Assembly (NCBI GenBank): GCA_950097015.1
Contig: CATNEN010000038.1
Span: forward strand, 6,634,001 to 6,698,000
Reading direction: 5' to 3'
Source of the DNA: Macrostomum hystrix
Taxonomy: Eukaryota > Animalia > Platyhelminthes
DNA: 64,000 nucleotides
Below the pieces are notes generated by a model that saw only the letters and a program-made list of their open reading frames with translations, was not told the origin of the DNA and did not search any database. Positions 38,385 to 51,711 of this stretch are shown in pieces (within the stretch, counting starts at the first letter, position 1; the number at the start of each line of letters is the position of its first letter). Position numbers and translations under genes: made by a program.

Positions 38385-40662
38385 GCTACCAATGGACTGC
38401 CGATAAGGTCTATAATGTCTGTGACCTGCTGCCACGTGATCTGCTGCCATTTAATGTCACGTGATCTGCTGCCATTTAATGTCACGTGACCTGCTGTCAT
38501 TTAATGTCACGTGACCTGCTGCCATTTAATGTCACGTGATCTGCTGTCATTTAATGTCACGTAACCTGCTGTCATTTAATGTCACGTGACCTGCTGCCAT
38601 TTAATGTCACGTGACCTGCTGCCATTTAATTTCAGGTGACCTGCTGCCATTTAATTTCACGTGATCTGCTGCCATTTAATTTCACGTAACCTGCTGCCAT
38701 TTAATGTCACGTGACCTGCTGCCATTTAATTTCAAGTGACCTGCTGCCATTTAATGTCACGTGACCTTCTGCAATTTAATTTCACGTGACCTGAGGCATT
38801 TAGTGCCATGTGACCTGCTGCCATTTAATTTCACGTAACCTGCTGTCATTTAATGTCACGTGACCTGCTGCCATTTAATGTCACGTGATCTGCTGCCATT
38901 TAATGTCACGTAACCTGCTGTCATTTAATGGCACGTAACCTGCTGTCATTTAATGTCACGTGACCTGCTGCCATTTAATGTCACGTGATCTGCTGCCATT
39001 TAATGTCACGTGACCTGCTGTCATTTAATGGCACGTGACCTGCTGCCATTTAATGTCACGTGATCTGCTGCCATTTAATGTCACGTGACCTGCTGCCATT
39101 TAATGTCACGTGACCTGCTGCCGTTTAATTTCACGTGACCTACTGCCATTTAATGTCACGTGACCTGCTGCCATTTAATGTCACGTGATCTGCTGTCATT
39201 TAATGTCACGTAACCTGCTGTCATTTAATGTCACGTGACCTGCTGCCATTTAATGTCACGTGACCTGCTGCCATTTAATTTCAGGTGACCTGCTGCCATT
39301 TAATTTCACGTGATCTGCTGCCATTTAATTTCACGTAACCTGCTGTCATTTAATGTCACGTGACCTGCTGCCATTTAATGTCACGTGACCTGCTGCCATT
39401 TAATTTCAAGTGACCTGCTGCCATTTAATGTCACGTGACCTTCTGCAATTTAATTTCACGTGACCTGAGGCATTTAATGCCACGTGACCTGCTGCCATTT
39501 AATTTCACGTAACCTGCTGTCATTTAATGTCACGTGACCTGCTGCCATTTAATGTCACGTGACCTGCTGCCATTTAATGTTACGTGACCTGCTGCCATTT
39601 AATTTTACGTGATCTGCTGTCATTTAATGTCACGTGATCTGCTGCCATAGCCGCGGAGAGAAGGCTTGGTGGGGTCGTTGTGTATTTTACGCCATTGAGG
39701 GCCAATTCCAAAGGCACAGTGAGAGTGAACACTGCCTCAAAGCTAAAATGTTCAGTGAACTAACGCATGAGGGAATTAATTCAAGGCAGAGATTCAGTCC
39801 TTGATTTTAGCTTTGTTGACCGTGCAGTGACCCCTACCCAAAGATAGGCCCAGATTTGGCACTAAAGGCGCCGAGGAAACTTCAAAGGGTTTGATGCGCG
39901 CTTAAAATGAGCGGCAGCAAAAGCTTTGAAGGGCAGAAAATGCCTCCGCCTTTACTGATCTGTAATTATAGGAGCTGAGTCTGTGGGTGGCGATTCCTAG
40001 TCGAGTTGCCATTTATAGTTGGACAAACAGGCTGGAGAGTGCGAAACTAATTTTCCTGACGTACATAAAATCGGCCTTGTTCGATTTTCCCTGTAGCGGC
40101 TCTATAATATTTATGTGCGAGCCTTTAGGCGCAATGTCCGCTAAGCAATGTGCTACGATTAACGAATAGTCATTACGAACTTTTGGAAGTCTACACGCAT
40201 GCAACCAAATTTTCATTTGTTGTGCTCAAGCAATGTTCCATTCATTCCGTATGACTGTATGTCCCGTGGAAAGTCACGTGACATTACAGACCTCACTGAC
40301 CATTGGTGGCAGTAGATCACGTGATATTTTAGACCTTATCAGCCAAAGTGTGGCAGCAGGTCACGTGACATTTAAGACTTTATCAGCCAATGAATGGCAG
40401 CAGGTCACGTGACATTTTAGACCTTATCAGCCAAAGGGTGGCAGCAGGTCACGTGACACTTAAGACTTTATCAGCCAATGAATGGCAGCAGGTCACGTGA
40501 CATTTTAGACCTTATCAGCCAAAGTGTGGCAGCAGGTCACGTGACATTTAAGACTTTATCAGCCAATGAATGGCAGCAGGTCACGTGACATTTTAGACCT
40601 TATCAGCCAAAGGGTGGCAGCAGGTCACGTGACATTTAAGACCTTATCAGCTCAATGGTGGC
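38385..40662. mobile_element. Foldback-like element whose two arms are inverted tandem arrays carrying GTCACGTGAC
   Basis: Left arm ~38420-39647: 25-bp unit GTCACGTGACCTGCTGCCATTTAAT. Right arm ~40270-40660: ~44-bp unit TGGCAGCAGGTCACGTGACATTTTAGACCTTATCAGCCAA in the opposite orientation. The outer left unit at ~38400 is the inverse of the long unit. Confidence 0.6.
39648..39740 (+). mobile_element. SINE family 1 internal fragment
   Basis: AGCCGCGGAGAGAAGGCTTGG...TTTACGCCATTGAGGGCCAA matches 33849-33905. Confidence 0.65.
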
Positions 40663-41094
40663 AATTCAATAACTGCCTAAGCTGGATGCTGTATTATTCC
40701 ATTCTATCCTATAGATTCCATAGACCCTATATCCTATCCTATAGCCTTGAAGTTGAATGCACTCTTCAGGCCTCCCTAATCATTCAGCCTAACGAAATCC
40801 CAGCAACTGTGCCTCTTGCATTTTCTACAGCCCTCTAGAATCCACTTGAAACCGGAAGTACTCGAAAAGCTTCTGAACGGAAATTTTATAGGCCTGTCTT
40901 TTAGTACGATCGACAGGCTTTTGATTTGCATTAATAATATCCCAGGCTTACACATGTCCAATCTTAGCGATGAACTAAGAGCTTCATTGCTCACAACTCT
41001 GTGGAGACAGTATCGCGTTATCTTAAGTATATAACGATCCCGAATTCAACCTCCCAGAAGAGATTAATATTCTCTGACTAATCTGACATTCTAA

Positions 41095-42095
41095 TGATAC
41101 TCTAATCTCTCCCCTCACTCTAATCTCTCTCCTCACTCTAATCTATTCTGACTCTAATCTCTCCTAACTCTAATCTCTCCCCTCACTCTAATCTCTCCTA
41201 ACTCTAATCTCTCCCCTCACTCTAATCTCTCCTAACTCTAATCTCTCCCCTCACTCTAATCTCTTTCCTCACTCTAACCTCTCCCCTCACTCTAATCTCT
41301 CCCCTCACTCTAATCTCTCCTCTCTCCTCACTCTAATCTCTCCCCTCACTCTAATCTCTCCTAACTCTAATCTCTCCCCTCACTCTAATCTCTCCTAACT
41401 CTAATCTCTCCCCTCACTCTAATCTCTTTCCTCACTCTAACCTCTCCCCTCACTCTAATCTCTCCCCTCACTCTAATCTCTCCTCTCTCCTCACTCTAAT
41501 CTCTCCCCTCACTCTAATCTCTCCTAACTCTAATCTCTCCCCTCACTCTAATCTCTCCTAACTCTAATCTCTCCCCTCACTCTAATCTATTCTGACTCTA
41601 ATCTCTCCTAACTCTAATCTCTCCCCTCACTCTAATCTCTCCTAACTCTAATCTCTCCCCTCACTCTAATCTCTCCTAACTCTAATCTCTCCCCTCACTC
41701 TAATCTCTTTCCTCACTCTAACCTCTCCCCTCACTCTAATCTCTCCCCTCACTCTAATCTCTCCTCTCTCCTCACTCTAATCTCTCCCCTCACTCTAATC
41801 TCTCCTAACTCTAATCTCTCCCCTCACTCTAATCTCTCCTAACTCTAATCTCTCCCCTCACTCTAATCTCTCCTAACTCTAATCTCTCCCCTCACTCTAA
41901 TCCATTCTCACTCTAATCTCTCCCCTCACTCTAATCTCTCTCCTCACTCTAATCTCTCCCCTCACTCTAATCCATTCTCACTCTAATCTCTCCTAACTCT
42001 AATCTCTCCCCTCACTCTAATCTCTCCCCTCACTCTAATCTCTCCCCTCACTCTAATCTCTCCCCTCACTCTAACCTCTCCCCTCACTCTAATAC
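41095..42095. repeat. 16-18-bp pyrimidine-rich minisatellite CTCTAATCTCTCCCCTCA
   Basis: Visible tandem array with higher-order blocks. Confidence 0.95.
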
Positions 42096-42625
42096 CTCCC
42101 TTAATCTCATGCTCCCACTCAGACGTCGTCTCGATCCCAATGTGAAGAGATTTAGACTGAGCTGAAAGTCATTCGGGCTCCCTGTTAGATAAGTTACGAG
42201 TAATATTTAATGAATTGCACATTTTTGACTGTGTATTTCTTTAGGACATAAAAAAGGTAAAATGTCAAAGCTCAATCAGCTTCAATATCACAAAAAGGTA
42301 GCTTTTGCGCTTAAAGACAAACAGCGAATTGACTAGAGTCTCGGGGTCTGATTAAACTGACGGCGAAGAATAAAATCTAAACTATCAAATCCGATCAATC
42401 ATCATCAAGAGCTGTCAGAAAGTCTTTGTTGTACTTTTATAAAATTATTTCAAGTGTAAAGTTAGCTTTAAAAAATCTTTAAAGCTAAACGCAGTTTGGA
42501 GTGGCAAATCCCCTTAAATATTCGTCAAATGAAGTTTTAAATCAACGACCTTGAGACAGGCAGTCTCAAGAACAGGCCGCATGTCCTGTTCTACTACAGA
42601 GTTATTTATTGCAAACAGTTTATCC

Positions 42626-45600
42626 TCACTTCTTCTTCTTTCTCGGCGCTCTCTTCTTTGTCTTCTGTTCGATCAGCATCATCGACTGCTTCTTGACGGC
42701 CGCTCGGGACAGGACCTCGCCGTCGCCGCCGCCTCCGTCGCCGTCGCCGCCAGAGTCGGAATCGTCGTCGTCGTAGACTGTATCCCGTCCGCCGACGCCG
42801 CCGCCGACGCCTCCGCCGACGCCGGAGCCGAGCTTGACCCGCAGGTTCTGCTGCGGCAGTTTGGACTCAACCTGAGCGCTGAACTCCTCGCTGCGCATGT
42901 CCCGCAGCCTCTGCTCGATGTCCTCGGTCTCCAGCTCCTCAAGCAGGCGGATGACTTTCTCCTCCGACTTGCCCAGCAGGTCGATGGCGTAGGTGTCGCT
43001 GGACGGGTCGATTTGAGCTTGCGGCGCGTGGCTCCTCGGGGCGCGCACGTGGGCCAGCTTCTCATGCAGATGCTCAACGCCTGCCTTGGCCTGCACCAGA
43101 ACCTTCGACAGGCGCTCCAGCTCCTCGGCAATGGCGGCCTTGTCCGTGTCCTCGCGCAGCAGCTGGTTCTGGTATTTCTCTAGCAGGGTTTGGCCGGAGC
43201 TAAGACGGCACTCGCCTGAGTATTTCAAATCGTCAAACTGCGACCGCAGCTGGTCGCGCTGATCGCGCAGGCGCCGAATCTGCGTCTCAGAGTTCGTCTT
43301 GAGGCCTTCCAGCCGGTCCCGAGTGGCGCCCTGGCCCTCGAATCTGGCGACAACCTCGGGCAGGTCGCTCACGCCCGTGGCCTCCTTGATGCGTCTGAAC
43401 GCCTCCTGCAGATCGGTGATGCGCTCCGGCGCCTGCTGCTGCAGCTGCTGCTGCGAGTCGCCAGGAGCTGCCGAGAATGACCTCTCGCCCGCGCCTCCGC
43501 CGGCGATGTCCTGACTGCTGCTGCTCTCCCTTTGAGCAATGCGACGTTCGATTTTCTCGTAGTGAAGGCGCTTCTCCTCGGCCTCGGCTTTCAGCTGCTG
43601 AATTTCCTGCTCACGTCGCTTCCTCTCGGTGTAGACCGTCTCCTCGGTCTTCTTCAGCTTGTGCTGCGCTTCCTCTTTGTCTGGGAAAGGGAGTGGAGTA
43701 AGAAGAATATGCATGCTGGTTGGTAAGCCTGTTGACCATAATGTCATACGACCTTTATGTACTGAAGTGAAGCGATAGTTTAACTGAAATACGCGTAAAT
43801 TTTGTAAAGTGAGTGGGTGAGGCGAGTGAGTTGACTAAGAGAATTTTTTTAACGAAGTAAGTTTTTTGTGGAGAGGTGTTTGGCGCTGTGAGGTGATTAG
43901 CGGAGTGAGGTGTTTAGCGGAGTGAGGTGATTGGCGGAGTGAGGTGTTTAGCGGAGTGAGGTGGTTGGCGCTGTGAGGTGATTAGCGGAGTGAGGTGGTT
44001 GGCGGAGCGAGGTGATTGGCGGAGTGAGGTGGTTGGTGGAGTGAGGCGGTTGGCGGAGCGAGGTGGTCGTCTTGATAGGACTGGAATCAAAAGAGCCATT
44101 GGTTTACTCAGTTGCTATGGCATTTTTGACCAATTTTTTCTTATTTGTTCTATTTGTTCTAACAGTTTTTCGCAGGTACGCAAGCTCAAAATAGTCTCAA
44201 GAAAGACAATTTTCTGATCTATTATTTGACATTGTAAGAATCGCCTATCGCCCAGCTTCCTTAGATGTTTTCGCGTGTTTATGAATAGCTAATGTTTTGC
44301 TATATTTTTACACGGCCGTGAACAGCCAGAAGAAGCGAAATAGAAACCCATTACAGACTAACTGACTAGCTAACACACCCGCTCTCGCATGTAGCCGTTT
44401 CAGGACAAAATTTAAGATTTTCCATCACTCCGATATAGCTACATAGATGAGAAAGAAAAGTCCCAGAGGGATGTTTTCGCTCCCCGGCCCAACTCATGTA
44501 TCAGACGGGGCATCGAATATGGGATTTCGGAACTTCTGACTGGATAATAATCATGCCAAGAAGCGAACTCAGTCTGAAAAAAGCTGGATGATTTTTTTAT
44601 ACCACAGAACTTATTCCGAGTCCAGTGTACGTAAAAGTACAGATTTCATAATAATAATAATAATCCTCGTACAAATAATAACGATTTATTACACCTGCCC
44701 CAATAGGGCCAGATGTGCAGCCGACAGCACAACTGCAGCTATTGCGAGGCGCATCTGAAGGCTGCGTACGGCTGTTCAGTCCATGGACTGGGGGGATTAC
44801 CAAAATTACGCATTTTTTCAGTGTAGTTGTGAATCGAACCCCCGACCTTAAAATCGTGAGCCCGATGCTTCAACTACAAGGGCTTAAATTGGGGTCAGTG
44901 ACAGAGCGGCTAACGCGTTTGCCTCTTGCACCAAGGTCCCTGAGCTCGATTCCGAGGCGAGGCCACATTTATTTGAGGCGCAGGCGCGGAGAGAAGGCTT
45001 GGGGGCTTGTCGTGCGATTTACGACCTTGATCGCCATCCTCCAGTAAAGTGTACACTGCCTGACGATGAGAAAGTCAGGGCAGATGTACGTGTCATTGCC
45101 TGCAAACCTCCGGCAAAAAAATAAACATTATTATTAGGGCCTAAATTAAACGACAAGCCCCAAAAATAATGTGGCCTCGCCAGTTATTCTAGCTCAGGAG
45201 CCGCTCCGCCAATCACTCTTCGATTTCATCGGACATTTTGGGCGAAATCTTGCTAGATTTGGCAATTAAGTCAGGCTTCGCTCACTTCTCTTAGCCTCCT
45301 CCTCCCGCTGGCGCAGCTCGGCGATCTCAGCTCGGCAGTCTCGAATCTCCTTCTCCATGCTGTCCAGGGTGTTGCCGAAGCTCAGGTGGTCCTCGTGCAG
45401 CCGGGCCTTGATCTGCTCGTAGGTGCGCTTGATGTGCTCGGCCTCTTTCAGCTTCATGTTGGTTTTGTCCATTTTGTTCTCGAGGTCGCGCAGCTTCTGC
45501 GCTTCGGGCGACGCTGCGGCGTCTTCGCCTTCGCCGTTCTTGTCGCCGGCGCCGCCACTCGGCGAGTCGCCGGCTTCCTTTTTCAACGCCTGGTTGCTCG

Positions 45601-46192
45601 TCTGCAGCTCCTGCAGGCGCTTCTGCTTGCCGGAGGTCACATGTTTCAGGGCGTTGAGCTTCTTTTTTGTGTCGCAAACCTGGTGGAATGGGTAGTGCTA
45701 CTATGAGTAGAGCATTGACAACACGCGCTGTAAATTATTAAAAGTAAGTAACTTTATATCAAGGCATATATTAACACAATCAAGCAATCAGTTCAACATG
45801 TTTAAGAAACTACGAGTAATTAGGCTCTAGGAGCAAACCGCCTCATGCGTTCTAGAATTCTATAAAAAATTCCATAATTTTTTTCAATCGAGCAGCTGCT
45901 TTACCTTGTAGTCCATTGCCTGGATGGCGTCGCTTCCAGTCTTGTTGGCCATGGCCGCTCGCTCCACCGGCCTCTCCTGGAAGGCTTGCCCGATCACGTG
46001 ATCATCGGCCGACAATCGGTCGCGTAACTGTTTGCGCAGGTCTTTGTTCTCCTTGCGCAGTTGGGCAATTCTTTCGCGATTCTTTTTCTGGGTATAGTAG
46101 CTGTTCTCATAGTAGGCCTTGCGGTCACCTTCCAGCAGGTTGATTTTACTCCGTAGCTCGTCCACCTTCTCTGTTAGCGAGCGTTCAGTCAT
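42626..46192 (-). CDS. ODAD3: Outer dynein arm docking complex subunit 3 (CCDC151), 3 coding exons
   Basis: Exons 46192-45905, 45679-45286, 43680-42626 (phases 0/1). N-terminal ELRSKINLLEGDRKAYYE...KKNRERIAQLRKENK and later AFRRIKEATGVSD and LPQQNLRVKL are CCDC151-family motifs; the protein is coiled coil throughout. Confidence 0.9.
43872..44066. repeat. 17-bp minisatellite GGCGGAGTGAGGTG(A/G)TT
   Basis: Tandem copies in an ODAD3 intron. Confidence 0.9.
44648..44880 (-). mobile_element. Second SINE-like element (tRNA-like head, (ATT)n tail)
   Basis: Reverse B-box GAATCGAACCCCCGACC at ~44831; (ATA)n at 44649-44663. Confidence 0.45.
44890..45135 (+). mobile_element. SINE family 1 copy with internal deletion and (ATT)n tail
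   Basis: GTGACAGAGCGGCTAACGCGTTTGCCTCTTGCACCAAGGTCCCTGAGCTCGATTCC head; ends ATTATTATT. Confidence 0.8.
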
Positions 46193-48575
46193 GACTGTAA
46201 TAGCTTGGATTCTAAGCTACTGGCTGACGCTGGAAAGTCAAGTGAGGTTAGAGACTTTTTGAAATTCCTCAATTGCATTTTCTCTCAATTTGTACTCTCG
46301 TAATTTAACAATTAACATTTTCTTCTCTTTATTCTATAAAAATTCACATACTAATAATTAACCCCATTGAATCACTTTATGAAAATATTACCAATCAGTA
46401 TAAAAGGAGCAAGAAAAAGCACATGTAAATTGCTGTCTAGACCTGATTGAAGAAAAAAATACAAAAATTGAAATTTTATAAAATTTGAAAATAAAGCTAG
46501 TTATGCAACTTAATGGCTAGATATTCAGCTTTAAGTCAAAAAAGTATACTTCAAGCTAAATAATATATTCTTATTATTTAGCTGCAATTTGAAACAAAAC
46601 ACTTGTTAAATACATCCTCTACAAGTTAAACAATATTAAAAGCTTTTAGTAACAATTAATGCATAAACCCAGACTTTTAAACACAGAAGGGTAACCATTT
46701 TTTGCTTGTGAAAGCTAAAAATAACTTTAATATAATATAACGTGTAAAGCATTGTGTAAATTGCAGCACTTTTTATTTACTATAGCAAGATTTTTTACTT
46801 TATTTATAATGTAAAAGCAAATAATATTTTAACAACATCAATAGCTAAATTAGTCAGACTGAAACCCAAAAAATAGTCCTAGGGCCTATCTTTATCTTAG
46901 ATACAGAAAAATGTGATAAATTTGTGATCAACATCAGTCACCAGTCGTCTTTTCAGTCATCAGCTGATCAGTTATCATCTCTGCGTGTCTTCGTAGTATT
47001 ATTTAATTAAAATAAATTAAAATTACAAAAAAGAAACGCAGTACTGAAATTCTTACTAGAAACCGAAGTAAAAAATTATGGCATCGTTAAAGAATCGACG
47101 AAAAAAATGGTAGCAAATAATTTCAAAAGAGATTTCGTATATCATAGTAACGTTTATTTTCACAACTTTATTAAACAGTAAAACAGCTGTGTATTTTATT
47201 TATATATATATATATATGTAATATTTTATAAGCTTTCAATGATGTATAAAAACGCAATTTTTTACTATAGATTAGTTTTAATGTGCATTGACGAATAGTA
47301 TGGAAACGACGACAAATATTGATAAAAGTTTCTTGTATTCATATGCTTCCAATCATATAATTTTGTCCATTTTAAATTTTAATGATAATTTATAATTAAT
47401 ATTTTCTTCTGATATCGTAGTACATATAGTTCGTTAAGAATAGATAGAACAACATGGTTTCCTTTATGAGAACCTAAATTCTCAACAGTTAATTGTGTCA
47501 ACACAATTACGCGTTCTGGGTCGGTATATTGTATGAATAATTTATTTATATGAGTTACTCGAGCTATAATTGCTTTAGGGCATTGAGAGATGATATCATG
47601 TCCAACTTTTAAAACGTGCTAATCGCGCTTATTGCAAATCGTTCATCGACGATATTATTGCCAGTAATTTACATAGATTAAAAGCGTTATGTTAATTGTG
47701 TCGTAAAACATTTATGATAAACATAACAAGATGAATACTGGACCATTAGGACGGGATGTGTGTATATGTGTGTAAATGTGCCACTTTTTCCGATTTTTAG
47801 CAAGTGCTTCTTGAAGCTGAAAACACTATAATTAGTGCTTCCTCAGTATTGTGAAAATCATGTACAACAACATTTAAATATGACAGCGTACATATACAAC
47901 TCAAAACCAAAGCCAAAGCTCAAGTCAAATGTGACACAATTAAGAATCTGCACATGCTGTTCTACTCGACGGCCGCCGTGATTGTCGAGAAAAAATCTCG
48001 AGAAAGTCTTTGACTTCCGTAGTCTCTTTTTCAGGCGGCTATCAATTGTCCTCTACAATTGATGGCTCAAAAAGATGGAGAATTGACAGATACTAGTGGC
48101 AAATTAAATATCACAGATGAAATAAATAAAATATCAGCACCGACTGTTTTGTGCCATTACTGATGCCACGCCATAACTGAGAGGAATTCAAACTTGTTTT
48201 TAGGAGAGCTCGAGAGATCTCGTTTTAATAGAAACAAATTTTGGATATAATTGACCTCTGACGCATTGGAAAGCAACTTTTCATCCCAATTCAGTGACGA
48301 ATCAAAATACTGATTGACACGGCCTGAGCACGCGTGAAATGCGGTAAATTTTTGGAAAGCTGATATTAATAGAATATCTTAATTAGAAAGCAGAAATTCG
48401 GGCTTTCCTGCACCTAGACCGCAAGCAACACTCAGATCCATGTAAGATCTATTTTAAGAACGCGCGGCTTGCTTGTTTAGACTGACAGTGATTCTGCCAA
48501 GGCAAGTGACATTACACAGAGCTGCACGCGTAAAATCAGAGATTCCTTGTTCGTGTCGTCGCGCAATGTTTCCAC

Positions 48576-48601
48576 GGGAATCCCGTCGCAACGAGTATAA
48601 A
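48576..48601 (+). promoter_or_regulatory. kappaB-like site GGGAATCCC and TATA box upstream of the 48703 gene
   Basis: GGGAATCCC at 48576-48584 and TATAAA at 48596-48601, ~107 bp before the ATG. Confidence 0.45.
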
Positions 48602-48702
48602 TCCGAGGAAAACTAGGAAAATCCAACAGAAGCAACGGAAGCAGTTTCCAAAAGAGCGCCAGTAAAACCTGGAACTAGAATTCTCAAATAACAGAAGCAG
48701 CG

Positions 48703-49254
48703 ATGATTGCAAAATTACTGACATTGTGCAGCCTCATGACCATCGCCAGCGCCGCTCCCGGTGCGGGCAGGATCTTCGAGATTGTCTCGCCAGAGGAAGC
48801 TCAGAGACGCTGTCCGGACGAGTTCCCGGCTCTGCTGCGCACCCACAAGGAGATTCGCCAGCCCGAGTTCCTGCTCGAGAGGACGCCGCTGAGCAACCAG
48901 ACTCTGCAGCTGGAGCTGTCGCAGCTGCTCTCCAGTCTGCAGCAGGCCATCCTTCTTCAGAAGCTGACCTTCAACGTCAGCGAGACGAACCTGCGGCTGC
49001 CGAGGTCGCTCATCCAAGCCCCCGACGCCCGCTCGAGACGCTGTCCGCCGATCTTCGAGCTGGACGCCGACGGTCTGCTCCGACCCAGGTTTCCCAGCTT
49101 CGTGCTCACCGCCGCCTGCTCCGAAGGCTGCCGGCCAGTCAGGCGTGACGTCACCATCTACCGGCTGCTCTGCAACAGCTTGTCGACGTCCGTCTTTCAC
49201 AACTCTGGAGCCAGCATCGCCGTCGACTGCACACCGGCTGTAGACTCGTGGTGA
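48703..49254 (+). CDS. Secreted IL-17-like / cystine-knot-like protein, paralogue A (intronless, 183 aa)
   Basis: Signal peptide; RRCPPIFELD...PRFPSFVLTAAC-SEG-CRPV...IYRLLC...IAVDC follows the invertebrate IL-17 layout; GC3-rich codons; TATA box upstream. Confidence 0.8.
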   Translation: MIAKLLTLCSLMTIASAAPGAGRIFEIVSPEEAQRRCPDEFPALLRTHKEIRQPEFLLERTPLSNQTLQLELSQLLSSLQQAILLQKLTFNVSETNLRLPRSLIQAPDARSRRCPPIFELDADGLLRPRFPSFVLTAACSEGCRPVRRDVTIYRLLCNSLSTSVFHNSGASIAVDCTPAVDSW

Positions 49255-50661
49255 CGAAATGTGTATGACTATTGCCGATTATCTCCGTGTACTATACTTT
49301 GGGCGTCATCATTGGGCACTGATCTAGGCCTATTTCTCAAGTTCTGTACTTTTCGATTCACTTATTGCTTGTTGTACATTCATTTAAAACTACTTGCAAG
49401 TGACTAATACCTCAATACTTAAGTACATTGGTAGTTGATTTTTTTCTTGTGCTTCATGTCTGACCAACGTTGCTTCATATTTAGCCTCGGCTTTCTGTAA
49501 TACTCTCGATACACACTGCATTTTCTGTACTACGACGTTTTGCCTCCTATGCTCGAAAAAAAACCCTGCGAAAATAATACTGTGGTTCCGTGTATGACTA
49601 AATATGCTTAAAATACAATGACTTATCTGATTTGAATTTTTATTTCTAATTTAAGATTTGTAAAAATGCCACTTAAAAAAACTCGGTTTTACCATTTGTC
49701 TAACAAACTTTGACCATTTGTCTAAAATTGCACTCATTACTCTGAGCTGTATATATACTCTGAGCTGTATATATACTCTGAGCTGTAGATATACCTGGCT
49801 ATGAACGCCACCCGCAGTTAAAATGCTCATATACTACTTTTGGAGTGAGAAAACCAGTAGCTTTTCAAAAACGAAAATTCTACGGCCAACTGCTCCTTAA
49901 TATAGCTAGCTCTGTGAGAGAGTTACAGTGTTAGGGGTTGAGTATGTGCTCATTGGGCACTTTTGTGTTGTCAGTTTGTTCAATTGATTCTGGACGCAGG
50001 CCAACAAGTGACTCTCAATTAAAGAAACCGCATTCCTAAGGCTGCTGTTTGAAATTTAATTTAAGCAGCTCAAGTAGCTTCGTCTTCGTCTTCGGCCGGA
50101 AAATTCAAGTCTGACTTGGACTCGAGCTCTGCAGGAGCTTGTCGTTACGGCTCCTGACCCAACTGGGCCAGGTATCGCTTCTTATACTTCTTCTGGACTC
50201 GATAACAAACGTTTCCAAGCAATATTTGGTCGAACAACTGTCGACAGTCACTTTTCGTCGAGTTCTAGTTCGTTTGTTGTAATTTATGTCAGTGACAAGG
50301 TTAATTGTGCCGTCTGCTTCGTTGAATGAGTTACCATGGTCTCTGCCATTCCCCCAACGTGAGGCGCCAGAATGTTCTGAACTTTAGCTAGCCTACTACG
50401 CGTGTTGAAACAAGGTTGAAACTAACGGCAGCCCGCCCGCTGCTGTTGTCTATGGTCGAGTTCCATAGATATGCACTCATGCGCTAACAATTAGTTTATA
50501 ACTTAATTCGTACGAAATTAATCAAAGATCGCGCACAACATTAATATGAAAAATGTATGGAAAATTGAGGCTCTATACGAGTTTAGCAACCATTTCAGAC
50601 GCAATAACAGAATTAAAAAACAATAAAAACTGTCAGCTTAGTCACAGTTAGTAAAAAGCTC

Positions 50662-51065
50662 TTAAAGGGCAGCAGACAAGCACGCCTTAAACATACGCTC
50701 AAACGATGCAAACTGTTCGTTTCCAATCATCTTGAGATCCCTTCCCTCGGAAATGTAGCGATGAACCGACGCTCGGAAGCAAACTAGAGAACGATCGGCG
50801 TAGGATTTGCCATCGGCCATCTTTAGCGACACAAACCATAGCCTGAGGTATGCGCACAGATAACGCACGGGCATACTCTCGATGTTGTCCGGCAAGTTTT
50901 GGTCACGCAAGAAATTCTTTAGTCGGTTCACGTGCACTTCCGTTTGCTTGACGGTCGACTCGCGCTTCGCTGCATCTTCCACACGCCGCAGATCGCTCTC
51001 CTCAGTCTCACTGAGCTCTCGCAGAAGTGATGCGTCATCTATCTCAGACGGATTTTCCAGCTCGG
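50662..51065 (-). mobile_element. Truncated Crypton YR gene (N-terminal core-binding region only)
   Basis: YLCAYLRLWFVSLKMADGKSYADRSLVCFRASVHRYI aligns with FLRFFYFCLKKSDGSCYSPATLVCIRAGVQRYL of the 16431 YR; it stops before the catalytic domain. Confidence 0.75.
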
Positions 51066-51293
51066 CTTCAGTCTCTCTGATGAGCAGCCGTCAAACCGGA
51101 CCATTGACTAATCGCTTGACCGGGTTCGAGACGTCCAAGGCGCGTCAAAAAATCTAGCTTAGACTGCTAATATCATCCTCTAGTATAGAATCGTAATTAA
51201 AGCTAGTATTAAAGCTAAGCAACACTCTCGTATTCACTAATGTATGTACGTATTTTACATTGAAATATATATTCTCTTAAAAGCTTGAAAGAA

Positions 51294-51711
51294 ATGTATA
51301 ATATTTCCCACTTATTTTGTTGTCTAGCGGGCAAAGGCTCGAGGTGTCTCGCAAGACAATTGTTTTTGCGAAAACCTTGTATTTAAGTTATTGAACTAAC
51401 AGTCCATTATTCGATTCTAAAGAAATTAGTTAGTGAAAACAGACACCTCGAGCGTTTGCCCGCTAGACAACAAAATAAGTTGGAAAAGTGGTATGTATCC
51501 CCCGTAATTGCAACGGGCAACTTAGCAAAAAGTTAAAGGGGAACTAAAGTACTAAAGAGCTAGAAAAGGACACCGAGTGCCTTTGCCCCTAGACAACAAT
51601 TTGAATTTATCAGCCTGCGGGGGAGCGGGAAATAAAATATTTATTCACCTAGGGAAATAAATGAAAACATGCGTTACATAGACACTCGCCCGGGGCAAAA
51701 GGGGGATACAT
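51294..51711 (+). mobile_element. Non-coding YR-element unit 1 (46-bp IR pair, then an ATGTATCCCCC...GGGGGATACAT segment)
   Basis: IR 51304-51349 / 51441-51486 (2 mismatches); second IR 51493-51503 / 51701-51711. Both ends are homologous to the ends of unit 2. Confidence 0.7.

Noticed and set aside
42551-43514. Antisense and alternate-frame ORFs over ODAD3 (also over the PTP, TRHR, YR and IL-17-like genes)
   Set aside because: Shadow ORFs expected from GC-rich codon usage.
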